DNA from: Naegleria gruberi | Taxonomy: Eukaryota | Assembly: GCA_000004985.1 (NCBI GenBank) | Contig: GG738873.1 | Length of the DNA stretch: 64,000 bases | Reading direction: 5' to 3' (one strand) | Shown here: positions 22,292 to 33,189 of the stretch, one piece after another | Layout: every line of letters begins with the position of its first letter | Position numbering within the stretch: the first letter of the stretch is position 1 | Translations under genes and position numbers: made by a program | Notes under the pieces: model-generated | What the model was told of the DNA's origin: nothing | The model's input: the letters and a program-made list of their open reading frames with translations, nothing else | Databases searched by the model: none

Positions 22292-23566
22292 TTACATATT
22301 AGGATTGAATGTTGTAACTTCATCAATCATTGAATGTAGGGTTGGATATTGGAATTGGAAATTTTCTTGTATCGACCTTGTTGGAAGGACGTATTGACCT
22401 TCACATAATAATTGAGATCTTTCATTGCCGAATAATTTAGATACTAGTGAGTAAGGGAATGGAATCATTGGGAAGGGTATTATATTTGTCTTGAGATTCA
22501 ATCTAGCTGAAAATTGTTGGAATGTGATCATGTCTGGCATGACAGTATTGTAAATGATTACTTTTTCACTCGATTTTTGTGAGTAATAATTATTAAAATT
22601 AGTATATAAAGCGTGAATGTACATGTTAGCAGCATCAACAAGATGTATACAACTGAATGGTTGTAAACCATTTCCAAAAACTATTGGAACAGCAATTCCA
22701 AGGTAAGGTATTGTCATTTCTTTGAGAACACCACCTCCTTTTCCTACTATGGCTCCTGGTCTCATTATTATTCTTTGTTTGATATTGTCTGCTTGTGTAT
22801 TGCAGATGGCATTTTCAACTGCACCTGTCACTTCACCAAGAGGGTTATTAGCTGGTGATGGGCAATTATATTCAGTATAAATTGGTGTTTCAGCATTTGG
22901 ATCTGAAGTGCAAGGATAGAATCCAACAGCTGATGTGCCAATAAATGTACTGGCACTATCTCCGAATGAATTCAAATAATTAATCAAATCAATTGTTGTG
23001 GCAGTTCTTGAATCTAAGATTTCCTGTTTGAATTTTGGAGTCCAACTTTGTTTTCCAATTGATACACCACTCAAATTAATTGCTGCAACCTTTTTATCAT
23101 TTCCAAATGTATCCTTTTCTTCACAAACTTGATGATTAAAGAGGAATGTACTCTCATTTTCCTTCCAATTTTTAACACTTATCTGAATGGAATTCTTTCT
23201 TTCCCATTTACTTTGTGGTAACTCCTTTTCAAGTAATTTCCTTGTTTCTTCTGGATTTCTCGAAATGACAGTCACTTGAGAAATGTTCATTAACTTTTCC
23301 GAGTAGGGCACCTTATCAGTTGGAGTAATCACTTGCTTTAACAATTGTTTGCCCAAAAACCCAGAGCCACCACCAACTACCAAGTGAGAAACAGTTTCTG
23401 CAATTGGAGCAGATGCTGCATTTTGCATACTTGCTTCAGTACCCTGATTGACCATATTAAAATATGAGTAATAGTGATGATAGGTTTGTTTTTGTTGCCC
23501 TTTGGTCAATATCATCCATTTGGCTCCAAGCTTACAACCATGTACTTTCTTATTGGCAATGAACAT
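22292..23566 (-). CDS. SDR39U1/YfcH-type NAD-dependent epimerase family protein (Rossmann + DUF1731 C-terminus)
   Basis: VVGGGSGFLGKQL (GxxGxxG) and C-terminal …CEGQYVLPTRSIQENFQFQYPTL (DUF1731-like). The start is an ATG at 23566 or the internal MVNQGTEAS (~23458). Confidence 0.7.
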   Translation of the reverse strand: MFIANKKVHGCKLGAKWMILTKGQQKQTYHHYYSYFNMVNQGTEASMQNAASAPIAETVSHLVVGGGSGFLGKQLLKQVITPTDKVPYSEKLMNISQVTVISRNPEETRKLLEKELPQSKWERKNSIQISVKNWKENESTFLFNHQVCEEKDTFGNDKKVAAINLSGVSIGKQSWTPKFKQEILDSRTATTIDLINYLNSFGDSASTFIGTSAVGFYPCTSDPNAETPIYTEYNCPSPANNPLGEVTGAVENAICNTQADNIKQRIIMRPGAIVGKGGGVLKEMTIPYLGIAVPIVFGNGLQPFSCIHLVDAANMYIHALYTNFNNYYSQKSSEKVIIYNTVMPDMITFQQFSARLNLKTNIIPFPMIPFPYSLVSKLFGNERSQLLCEGQYVLPTRSIQENFQFQYPTLHSMIDEVTTFNPNM

Positions 23567-24499
23567 TTTCCGAAGCCTTCAATATATTATTTATCTTGTT
23601 GTACTATATGTAGAGAATCCTATTCCTTGTATCGAGTCGAGTATTAAAACTTGTGGTCGTCCTCACAATCTTTTAATCAATTTGAGAGATTGAAGCCTAC
23701 TGTAAAAAACGAAAGGCTTATGTGTTTGTTTTTTTTGAACCTAATTGGTTGTTTGACTAACTTGTTTCGGTTTCCTCTTCTGTTGTATCATGCTGCCTAT
23801 AGGGATACAAATTGATAGGGTTGTGGCGTTATTGTATCGGAAATATTCTCCTGCTTGAAGAGATGATGAATTTGACTTGAAGGGCCGCAGCAACTTGCTG
23901 GAATTTTATGTTGTTAATTATCACGAGATGAAAAGATAGGTTGAGCCTTACACACCTCTTCAAAGAAGTAAGGAAAACCACTTAAGATTTTTTTAAAAAA
24001 GAAAAATATGAACGAGTGTTTTAATCTCTTTTGGTTTCTTAAAACTCTCATATTCGGACGCCTCTTTGTAAGTGATTGAAATTTCGTTACCATTATCATC
24101 CAAATATTTAAATACCAAATTTTCTAATTGTTTGCCACTTATTGCTACATTTAACATTCCGTGAAAGGGTGTTGGCTTTAATGTTGGTCATTTTTTTGAT
24201 TAGAAAGACCCTTACTTTCTCCCCTAATGGAATCGTCCTGTGAAAAATGGAATTAAAGTCACATGGCAAATTAATAAACAAGATTGAAAACAATAAGTTA
24301 TTATTCCAATAGGTATTAAAGCTCAGTGACTGTTTCACCTTTAGGTGAGTCAACCTCGACATGCTTTTATTGATAAATCTGTATTGATTAGTTGAGTATT
24401 TTCCAAGTACTGCTCAAAGATCGACCATTTTCCACCAGGTCAACCAGTGCAAAACCCAGACCATAACAAGATGAACTTTGAAAGAAAATTACAAAAAAA

Positions 24500-25986
24500 A
24501 TGACTAAAGACATAATAATGGAATGGGAACTAGAACGTCTCTTTGAAAAAGCAGATTCTGGAATTTTTAATTTTATTGATGATCCCCACAAGGAAATGGA
24601 GCCTTTCGTTAATCAGACGAATAGAGATGGAGTAACATTATTGTACTTGGCATGTGCAAACGGAAGGGAAGATGTTGTAAAATACTTGTTGGATGTAAAG
24701 GGATTGGATGTCAATTTTAAAGTGAGTTTTGAAATTCGAATATAATTTAATTATAATCAAAAATAGGAAGTGAGTTTTTGATTCCGTGATGATAATTAAT
24801 TTGTGAATTTTAGGGAGTATGTTTTTTTATTCATAGGATGGGGAATTAATTATGGACTAGCTTGTATGTATTAATCACCATATTCAATTATTATTAATAA
24901 TTGAATAGGCAGCAGTATGTATTTTGTGGATTATATTTGGAATTTACTATTGAACTAGAAAAGGGTATGGTTGTTTTGAGAGTTTCATTTTAGTAACCAC
25001 AATAGACTTCTGAACGTAAGCTTTATACAGTAAGTTTGGACTTAATTCAATTTGCTGAATATTTGAAAGCTTGTATGTTATTTATGAAAAATTAATAGAT
25101 TTAACATGTTTAGGAGAGTGTAAGTTTAGGATAACTCATTATATTCAACAATATTTAAAGGCTGTAAGTTTTTGAATTGGTTGGGCATTAAACAGAGAAG
25201 ACACCTCTATACGTTTCATGTGAGATTGGGAGAATTGATATTGTGAATCTGCTTCTTAGTCACCCTGGTATAGATATTGATTATGGTTACAGATTCGATA
25301 GCAGATATACTCGTGGTCATGCAATTGACAGATCACCTCTTTTTATTTCTAGTGAAAAGGGACATGTGGAAATTGTAAAACAATTACTTTGCTCTAATGC
25401 AAATCCCTTCGAAGGTGAAACTCGAGACAACTACACCCTGTCATGTTTAGGTGTTTCCATAATTAATAATCAGTGGGAACTAGCTTCAATAATTTTAGAT
25501 CACATGAAGTTAATGGATTGTCATACCGACGGATGGAATAATCTCATTTCTGACATTCTATTGACATGTGGGAAAAGAAATTTATCATTTTTGAAACAGT
25601 TATTGGAATCTAACATTTTTTGCATTGATGATAGTGTAAGTGATTAAACAAATTAATGCTCATTATCTTAGCTTCCCTTACATTATAGCATTTTAAAGGA
25701 GGACAGTATTATGGCAAGCTTACTTGTAAAGTATGGAGCTAATAGAGAGTTGGATGCTCACTCTGAGTCTCTTAATGTTTATCTTGTTTGTGCCATGAGA
25801 AATTTTGATGGATTGGAAGAATTTCAAATCCTTGATTCGATTTATGAAACACCAACAGAACTTGCTGAAAGGTTAAATGTTGACCTATTTTTTTCGATTA
25901 AGGAAGAAAGTGCTATGAAGAGAAAACTACTGACCTCATTGCCTAATCTTAGCTATTGTGATGTTATTGTGAGATTAAGAGAATAA
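24500..25986 (+). CDS. Ankyrin-repeat protein, at least 3 exons (24500-~24721; ~25196-~25641; 25699-25986)
   Basis: Exon 1 (MTKDII…TLLYLACANGREDVVKYLLDVKGLDVNFK) ends at AAA|GTGAGT. Exon 2 carries repeats (TPLYVSCEIGRIDIVNLLLSHPGIDI…SPLFISSEKGHVEIVKQLLCSNANP). Donor AGT|GTAAGT at ~25641 and acceptor …ttttaaag| at 25698 give the in-frame exon EDSIMASLLVKYGANREL…. Confidence 0.6.
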
Positions 25987-26484
25987 TCTACATTAAAAAT
26001 AGATATATTTAAGAATATTATCATAAACAAACAATAAAAAAATCAGCAAGAAACACAACACCATGTCTTTTACACACGCGTTTCCAATCACATAAAGTCA
26101 TTGTTGGGAAGGAAATTGCTGCTATCTGACAACATTTTGGAATCCTCTTCTACTATTTGGTCCTGATGATATGTGGATTGTGTTGGAGAGGCAATTGTTT
26201 GGAAAAGAGGGCTCATCTTCTCAGGCAAAGCCTCCGTAAAGTTTCCTTTAATATCTAGTTGTTGTTGATGTGAAGGAAAAGTGGTACTAATTTCCAATAG
26301 CTTGGATGGATTGTCATGGAAAAGTACTGCAGCAACAAGACTATGCATTGTTCTAAAACTATTCTTCATCTAATTTAATAATTAATTAAATAATTATAAT
26401 ACAATTAATTTCCTACCTTGAATATTTCATTAGCAATTCTAGTAATAGTATAGTATTAATAAGTAATAACAATAATTATGATAC

Positions 26485-27235
26485 CTACATGATTCCATTC
26501 ACATTAGGAAGTTGGCAGAGAAGAGAAACATCAGCTGGTGAATTAATATTACCATACGCTAGTAATGGCACTGTAAAGCCTTCTTCTTTGATCTTGAACA
26601 ATAACTCCTTTGGAACAAACTCTCTCCGAGCAAATTCATCCAATTGCTCATCATTAAGTTTCACAATATTCAGTGCACCCATAGTAATGTTCCTGAGTTG
26701 GTGAATGATTGAAGCCATCTCTCCAAAGTGAGTCCTAATAATTTTGGCTCCTTTAGCAATGTTTCTGAGTGCTTCTGGGAAGGTATTGGCTGGATTAATG
26801 AATGTAATATTGGAGAGTGATTCAGTGCTTTTTGAGAAGGAATGTTCATCAACAATTGATTGATCATGCTCATCAATAATAGTAACACCCAATTCATTAC
26901 ACAATTTAGCTTCCATTACATGCCCCTATAATTTGCATTATTTAAATAACATTGGACATAGTACCAACCTTCCTTATTCTTGCTATGAGTGGTAATTCAG
27001 AACAGACTTGATTAATTTCGTTCAATTTACAATAATCAATCAACTCATTCTAAATGAGTGTAGAAGCAACCAAACATCATCAACAATGCGTAATATTAAT
27101 ATTGCTATTAATTATTATAATAACTCACTTCTTGACCAACCATCAAGCAACATTTAACTTGGTTAAACTTTTGTGCCAATGCAACAGCTAGAGTTGCCTC
27201 TTCAACTGAAACCACCTCGAACACAACAAGTTTCA
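26485..27235 (-). CDS. TIM-barrel phosphate-binding family protein (BtpA/ThiE/NanE-like), at least 3 exons; the 3' end is uncertain
   Basis: Exon 1 is 27235→27129 (MKLVVFEVVSVEEATLAVALAQKFNQVKCCLMVGQE|GTGAGT). A middle micro-exon reads NELIDYCKLNEINQVCSELPLIARIRK. The large exon is 26916→26485 (…GAKIIRTHFGE…VPLLAYGNINSPADVSLLCQLPNVNGIM) and resembles the C-terminal β-strands of BtpA/ThiE barrels (…vGGI.…v…G.dG..vGS). Confidence 0.4.
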
Positions 27236-28409
27236 TTTCTTTCGATACTACCAAGATGGGTAAAGGATAATTTTGGAAGAATGGTTTGCTACGAATAGAA
27301 TGTTGTGATGAATTTGTTTTTATTTTTCTTTGAGATTATACAGTAGAATATTACAAGAATTAGAGAATCAATTCTATTTAGTAATATGATTTTTAGAAAA
27401 GTTACAACATTGTTCAACAAGAATCAATTTACTGGATTTTATTACCATGTCCAACACAAAATATGGGCTTCAGCTTATATCATTACATTTAGTGAAATAC
27501 CTCAAAATTTATTTCTTGACGTTTCATTTACCTTTCCATCACGATTAGGATTGAACGTAGATCCTAAAACATTACAACTTTATATTTCAAACTCAAAACA
27601 GGAAAGAATTTACAACTATCACTTGTAATCAAATAACACTGAACTGGACTTTAAATTCTTCAGACAATTTAAATTCCAATTCTTTCTCATTCACTCTCCA
27701 AGCAGATAAGGTAGATTTTATAATCAAACCTTCAGAAACCTTTAATTTCACATTCCCTGCTACATTAACAGTTCAAGAATCCGAAAGTTCAGCATTTTCT
27801 TCATTGAACGTTAAACCAACTCTTGGATGCAATGTACAACCTTTTGAAATTATCACGAAATCATTTCCAAGAGATTTATGATAGTAATCACATGTTCCTA
27901 AGTTGGTTGTCAGATCGAAAAGAAATGACAGGGAAAGAAGAGGACTTTTACAATAGTTTTCTTTCTTCAATACTTAACAAGTTTAATATTGGCAGCCAAA
28001 ACCCTTAAATGAATGTCTTGCAGAAATGGTATACAATCCAGAGAATAATACTCTATTTTTAATGAGGATTCAGAATGTTAAGTTTTAAGTAATACAGTTT
28101 TTGTCTTAGGAAGTATTGGATTAAAATTATTGTTAAAAAGTTTAAAATGTAGCCCTTCCTAATTTAATTTATTAATTATTTATGGTGGTACACCAAAGGA
28201 AGACCAAAAATCAATACAACATGATTACAACAACTGCACCAATCGTTGTGATGGTCAAGTGTCCAATCAAATGCTGTGCTATTACAAAATCAGAACAAGG
28301 CGTTTAACAAAAAATATTGACGCAAAAAAATTTTTTAGGAATTTTTGCCATCATATTTACCCGTCATCACGCATTAAAAAGAAATACAACAACAACACCA
28401 AGCAAGATC

Positions 28410-29495
28410 ATGGGCAAGAGAAAGCAAATAACCTCTAGCAAGAGCAGTAAAAAGGTTAAAAAGGAAGAAGAAGAGGTTGATCCGATCATCAAGGAAGAAG
28501 AGGTCCTCAAAGTAGAGGAGCCAGAGGACAACAAACCAGAGGCATCAACAGGACATGAAGCTTCTCCAAAGCAAAACAAACAAAAGAACAAGAAGAAGAT
28601 GTTTTGGCCAGTCTCGATGAAGTCTCTCCAATTTAACTCTGATCATTCCGAGACAGACATTAAAAAGTTGTTGGAGATGGTAGACAAGCATGGTGAAGAG
28701 TTCATTCAACATTGTTGTTTGGGCTTGTTTGTACAAGAGAAAGGAGGTAAACATTCTTTAATATTGAACAAAAGATATAAGAATGTAATTGCCACGTTTG
28801 GAGATGTGGAGAAGGTGTCATTATTGGAGATTATATTTCTCCCAAACCTTGCAAGCGTACAAGTTGAAACAATTGAATGCAAGCCCCACACAAAGAAAAC
28901 TTGCTTCTCCTCCATGAATGGCCTATCAAAAGTACATACTTATCCTTCAAAGCTAGCTTGGAAAATTAATTATGGAGATGGGAGCTTTGATCTTCACGTG
29001 ATGGTGGAAGCTGCCACTAAAACAATTCAAAACAATTCAAAGGGAGCCTACTTTGATTTTTCAGAGTATTTTAACACTTCTTTGACCTTCTTTGATGCAA
29101 GCGAGCTCGAGGACACTGGAAGACCAAGAAAAATTTCAGCTGGTTTGTTAGAAAGTCGCACCCCAACCACTCAATCAACAACACCACCATCCCCACAAAC
29201 AGAAAAAAACCCACCTACATATTCATTACTAGACACTTGTGGAATTATAGAAAAGTTGTGCTTTAAAGACCAACTTTTTGTGTTCACGTTTTTAGCACAT
29301 AGTTTACAAATTACACCTCACCCAACACAATGTCCAATACAATATCCAACACAACCAGAACCACATCCAACAGAACAACAGAGTGACATTGACAGTCTTT
29401 TTTGTGAAGAAGAACCCACTACCGCTTGTGAATCACACTTTATTGACCCAAGCCTTGTTGACTCTCTTTTAAAAAGTAACTACAATTTGAATTAG
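28410..29495 (+). CDS. Hypothetical protein with basic/acidic N-terminus (MGKRKQITSSKSSKKVKKEEEE…) and a Ser/Pro/Thr-rich C-terminus
   Basis: In-frame ATG at 28410 inside ORF 28317..29495. Long open frame with no recognisable catalytic motif. Confidence 0.45.
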   Translation: MGKRKQITSSKSSKKVKKEEEEVDPIIKEEEVLKVEEPEDNKPEASTGHEASPKQNKQKNKKKMFWPVSMKSLQFNSDHSETDIKKLLEMVDKHGEEFIQHCCLGLFVQEKGGKHSLILNKRYKNVIATFGDVEKVSLLEIIFLPNLASVQVETIECKPHTKKTCFSSMNGLSKVHTYPSKLAWKINYGDGSFDLHVMVEAATKTIQNNSKGAYFDFSEYFNTSLTFFDASELEDTGRPRKISAGLLESRTPTTQSTTPPSPQTEKNPPTYSLLDTCGIIEKLCFKDQLFVFTFLAHSLQITPHPTQCPIQYPTQPEPHPTEQQSDIDSLFCEEEPTTACESHFIDPSLVDSLLKSNYNLN

Positions 29496-29574
29496 TTAAT
29501 ACATGTTGTTCTATTGGCAAGTAAAATTTCAATAATGTTAAGATTAATTCACATTAATCTTGGAGAAATAAAAA

Positions 29575-30264
29575 TTACAATTCATACCTATCACTTCTTG
29601 CGTAACAATTAGAGCTGGTATGCGAAGATCTTCCACATCGAGAACAACCTCCATAACTATCATCGTCACTACTACTCTCATCATCTGAATAATAACTTGT
29701 TCTTGACCCAGAACCTACAACTGACCTTCCAAAAACATCTGAATTAGCAAAACATTGACTGGCATGATGAGAGGTCCTACCACATCTAAAACAAGCCGTT
29801 TTTTCACTCTTTGAGTTATGTAAATGTTGATGAATGGCCCCATCGAGCACTGCCAAATTTCCATATCGATTGTCTGTCTTGTTTTTATTGATGTGATGAA
29901 CGTATAATTTCACTTCCAATCTTCTTTTCGGCAACTCTTCTGTGGGTGAATTTCCACCCCAAACCATTATCAGAATTAAAAATTGCCTGTAGCCTGATGA
30001 ATTGTAACGAATGTTGAGATTGTTTGTTGGTGATGGTTGTACTTGTTGAGATGTTGATAAAGATCGAACACTAGTTGTAATAGTACTATTGGTGTTGTTG
30101 GAACTCTTGCTTCCTAATGAACGAATATTGTTCGAGTAGGGATTGTATCGATTTTGATTGTTGCTGCTTGATGAATTCGTGCTATTGGGAAAACGAGGCA
30201 TTTTTTTGTAAACTTTATGAATTCTTGCTTTTTTTGTAAGGTGCACAATGTTTGGATGAACCAT
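29575..30264 (-). CDS. Protein with two C-terminal CCHC zinc knuckles
   Basis: ATG at 30264. Two knuckles, CFRCGRTSHHASQC and CSRCGRSSHTSSNC (C-x2-C-x4-H-x4-C). N/S-rich N-terminal half. Confidence 0.5.
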   Translation of the reverse strand: MVHPNIVHLTKKARIHKVYKKMPRFPNSTNSSSSNNQNRYNPYSNNIRSLGSKSSNNTNSTITTSVRSLSTSQQVQPSPTNNLNIRYNSSGYRQFLILIMVWGGNSPTEELPKRRLEVKLYVHHINKNKTDNRYGNLAVLDGAIHQHLHNSKSEKTACFRCGRTSHHASQCFANSDVFGRSVVGSGSRTSYYSDDESSSDDDSYGGCSRCGRSSHTSSNCYARSDRYEL

Positions 30265-30505
30265 TTAAACTTTACATTGTTGTTTCAAAAAGTGTCAACA
30301 CAAATGCAATATAAACAGTTCAACCTACGCTATTACAGGAGTAGTATTAACAATTTAAAAATAAACCTTCTTATTGAATACGGAGAATGGTAACACTCTA
30401 AACAGGAGTTAATATTTTTGGCGGGACTTTTCTGTGCTTCCGCATTAGAAAAAAAGTGGTGCACTTGAAAGTGGTTGTTGGCTAACGTATCAGAGAATTT
30501 AGAAG

Positions 30506-32397
30506 ATGGGAAACTCTGTTTCGGAATCTATTGATGATTCTCCATACAAGGGAGAGGAAGATGATGATGCTCTTGCTACTCCTTTGTATGATTGGACGCC
30601 ACAAGATTTTTATAGCTTCTTGTTGGCAAACAAGATTGAAAAGAATATTGTAAAAAGTATGTAGATTTTGTTGTGTGATGATGATTATAATATTTTCTAT
30701 TGTTACTGTTTATTATTAAAAATTTATTATTAACAGAATTTAATAACAAGAAAAACCAGATTTCAACTTTTATTGGAAGATATAAATCCTTTGGAGAGGC
30801 TCTTTATCATTTATCGTCACCTAACCCAATCATGGCTATTTCTAAGGATGCCAAATCGTCAAAAAGAATTTTTGATTTAATTATGGATATTAAACGAAGA
30901 CAACTTAAGAAGGGAACAATTAATGTTGAGAAAAAGACGGAAATGGAACAAGAACATTTAAAACTCATGGATGAAATATTTGAAAAGAATGCTCCTGAAA
31001 ATTATCATATTTTTGATTTTAGTGATGATGAATGTCTTGTTAAGGATATTGTTGACGATCCAGAAAATCCAAGCACTTCTTTATCTGATCAAACAGTATC
31101 ACCAGCTACTTCATCATTCCTTTCAAGTAATTCTTCACTTGGATTTAATGAACTTAGTGTTGGATCTCTGGATAGTGAAAAAAGAGGAGGAATGTTCACA
31201 TCGCAACAACCAAGGATAGAGAGTAGATCCTCTGAATCACCAAAGATTGATATTTCACCAAAAGTTAAACTGAGTCATATCTATCATCCAGTTAAGCTTT
31301 TCCCTTATGAGGCACTAACAGAAGCAGAAAAGATGGCAGTCAAGAATTGTTGTAAAAAATTGGAAATTACTTTGAAAAAACAATCCAAAAATCAACTTTT
31401 AACAACAGCTCAAAACTTATGTCTACCTGACCGTTTCAAATATAGATTTTTCCATCCTAACTTTAAACAAGGCGAGTACCAGATACAAGGTAATTGTTCA
31501 AAAAAGAAAGTTACACTACCACTCAAACTTGTTATCACAACTCTCAGTGACACTCAAATGCATAGAGTTATTAGAAGAATTGGACATTTTGCTAACATTG
31601 CAAACAGCGATGAAAAGGGAGGATTTGGACTTTTCCACACTGCCCTGATTGTTGGAAACTGGTACGTCGAATTCAACGATAATTCCATAGCGTGTGTTAG
31701 ACCAATTTCTTCTAGTAAGGCTGTTTTTGTTTGTAATATAAAATATTACCCAGAATCTGATATTAATGAGGTAATTAACAAAGTGAGTAGAGTATGTTGC
31801 TTGTGGAATGCAACCCAGTACTATGATGTGAAAACAGTAAGTTTTTTTTATATACTTATTTTTCTAATTCCTTACTATTAGGCTAACTGTCAACATTTCA
31901 CACAAGCTGTTTTACAAGCCTTGAATATAGATATTAATACCTGTGAAGAAATTTCTCCCCTTGTAAAGGAATATTTTTTCAAACTTAAAAAGTATGGTCT
32001 TTGTAGCATGACATATACACTTCCAGCAGAGATTAGACCATCTTTCCCTTTTAGCGAGATTACTTTCAAGACCCATGCAGAGCTTGATCAATTTTGGTTA
32101 ACTGTTTGTTCAAAACATGTAAAATGGGTTTCTAATGAAGGAGCGGCACATGAGGATTTGCTCAAAAGTTTTGACAGAGCATTTTGGATTCGAAGACTTT
32201 CTTCAAAGGAAGGTTGCAATGAAGTTAATGAACCATTAAGAGAGGAACATAATGAAACTACTCAATCTCGTCGTTGTCTGTGTCCTTTCAATGTCTATGA
32301 GATGGATACCCACACATTCTTCCTGGCTGAGTCTGTTATGGGTCAAAACTTTTTAGGAACTTGGGTTCCAGAAACACCTTATAGAGCTTTAAGGTAA
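30506..32397 (+). CDS. PPPDE/DeSI-like putative thiol peptidase domain protein with an N-myristoylation-type N-terminus; 3 exons
   Basis: Exon 1 is 30506-~30659 (MGNSVSESIDD…IVK, donor A|GTATGT). Exon 2 is ~30744-31836 (ends AAA ACA|GTAAGT). Exon 3 is ~31881-32397, after acceptor ttactattag. The His…Cys order (GLFHTALIVGNWYVEF … YYDVKT|ANCQHFTQAVLQAL) is typical of PPPDE/DeSI (…NCNHF…). Confidence 0.5.
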
Positions 32398-32530
32398 ATT
32401 TTGACAAATTGTAAATATAAATCGATTCAAAACTCAAATTTTTGAACAATTTAATTTTATTCTTCACTACAAAGTACAACCGATAATGAATTGGCGCTAA
32501 ATATTTTCAAACTCAAAAAAATTACAGAAA

Positions 32531-32967
32531 ATGGCCTATCAGGTAGGTTATATCAGAATTAAAATAATGATGTTCATTCTGGAAATGATACTTCATTCCG
32601 AAACTTTACTTTTTATTGGTGATCATCATGACAATAGTCAATAAATGCTAGAAAGGAAGAGTTCCGAAAGTATTTGGAAAAGAATGGAGTTGTAGAAAGT
32701 TTTACTAAATCACTCGTTGCTTTGTATGAAGAACCAGAAAGACCACCAAATCCATTAGAGTAGGTTTTTAAATTTTCATCAATTTGGAATTAAATTTAAA
32801 TTTAAAGCTACATTAAACATCATCTTGGAGGACCATCAGCCGAAGATATTGAACAATTAAAACAAGAAAACGAAAAACTCAAACAAAGAATTAAGGATCT
32901 GGAGGAACAAAGAAATCAAAATGAGGATAAAAAGGATGACGATAAAAAAGATGATAGTCAGAAATAA
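32531..32967 (+). CDS. c-Myc-binding protein (MYCBP/AMY-1) homolog, small 3-exon gene
   Basis: MAYQ|GTAGGT first exon. Second exon SINARKEEFRKYLEKNGVVESFTKSLVALYEEPERPPNPLE matches human MYCBP (…KREQFRRYLEKSGVLDTLTKVLVALYEEPEKP…). Third exon …YIKHHLGGPSAEDIEQLKQENEKLKQRIKDLEEQ… also matches. I could not resolve the exact 2nd/3rd exon junction. Confidence 0.55.
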
Positions 32968-33189
32968 TCTCTCTTCCTCTCTCCTTAATAAACAACCTCC
33001 ACCACATTGTATTGTAATAAAATCTCTAGACTATTAATCATGGTTTTGTATGATCCAATGCTCTTCTTTGTGGTTCAGAGCATAAGGCAAACATCTTCAA
33101 AGGGTTTTAGATGATGTCTCAAACAAAGCTGGCAATGCACATCACTATTTTAGATAATGCGCCCTCATCTCCTCTTTTTAAAAAAAAAA

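Noticed and set aside
23502-24591. Short ORFs in the 0.9-kb divergent intergenic region between the epimerase and ankyrin genes
   Set aside because: No start context, no motifs, AT-rich. More likely a shared promoter region.
27386-28008. ORFs 27386..27628, 27773..27970 and 27823..28008
   Set aside because: They overlap each other on opposite strands in a divergent promoter region, with no recognisable domain.
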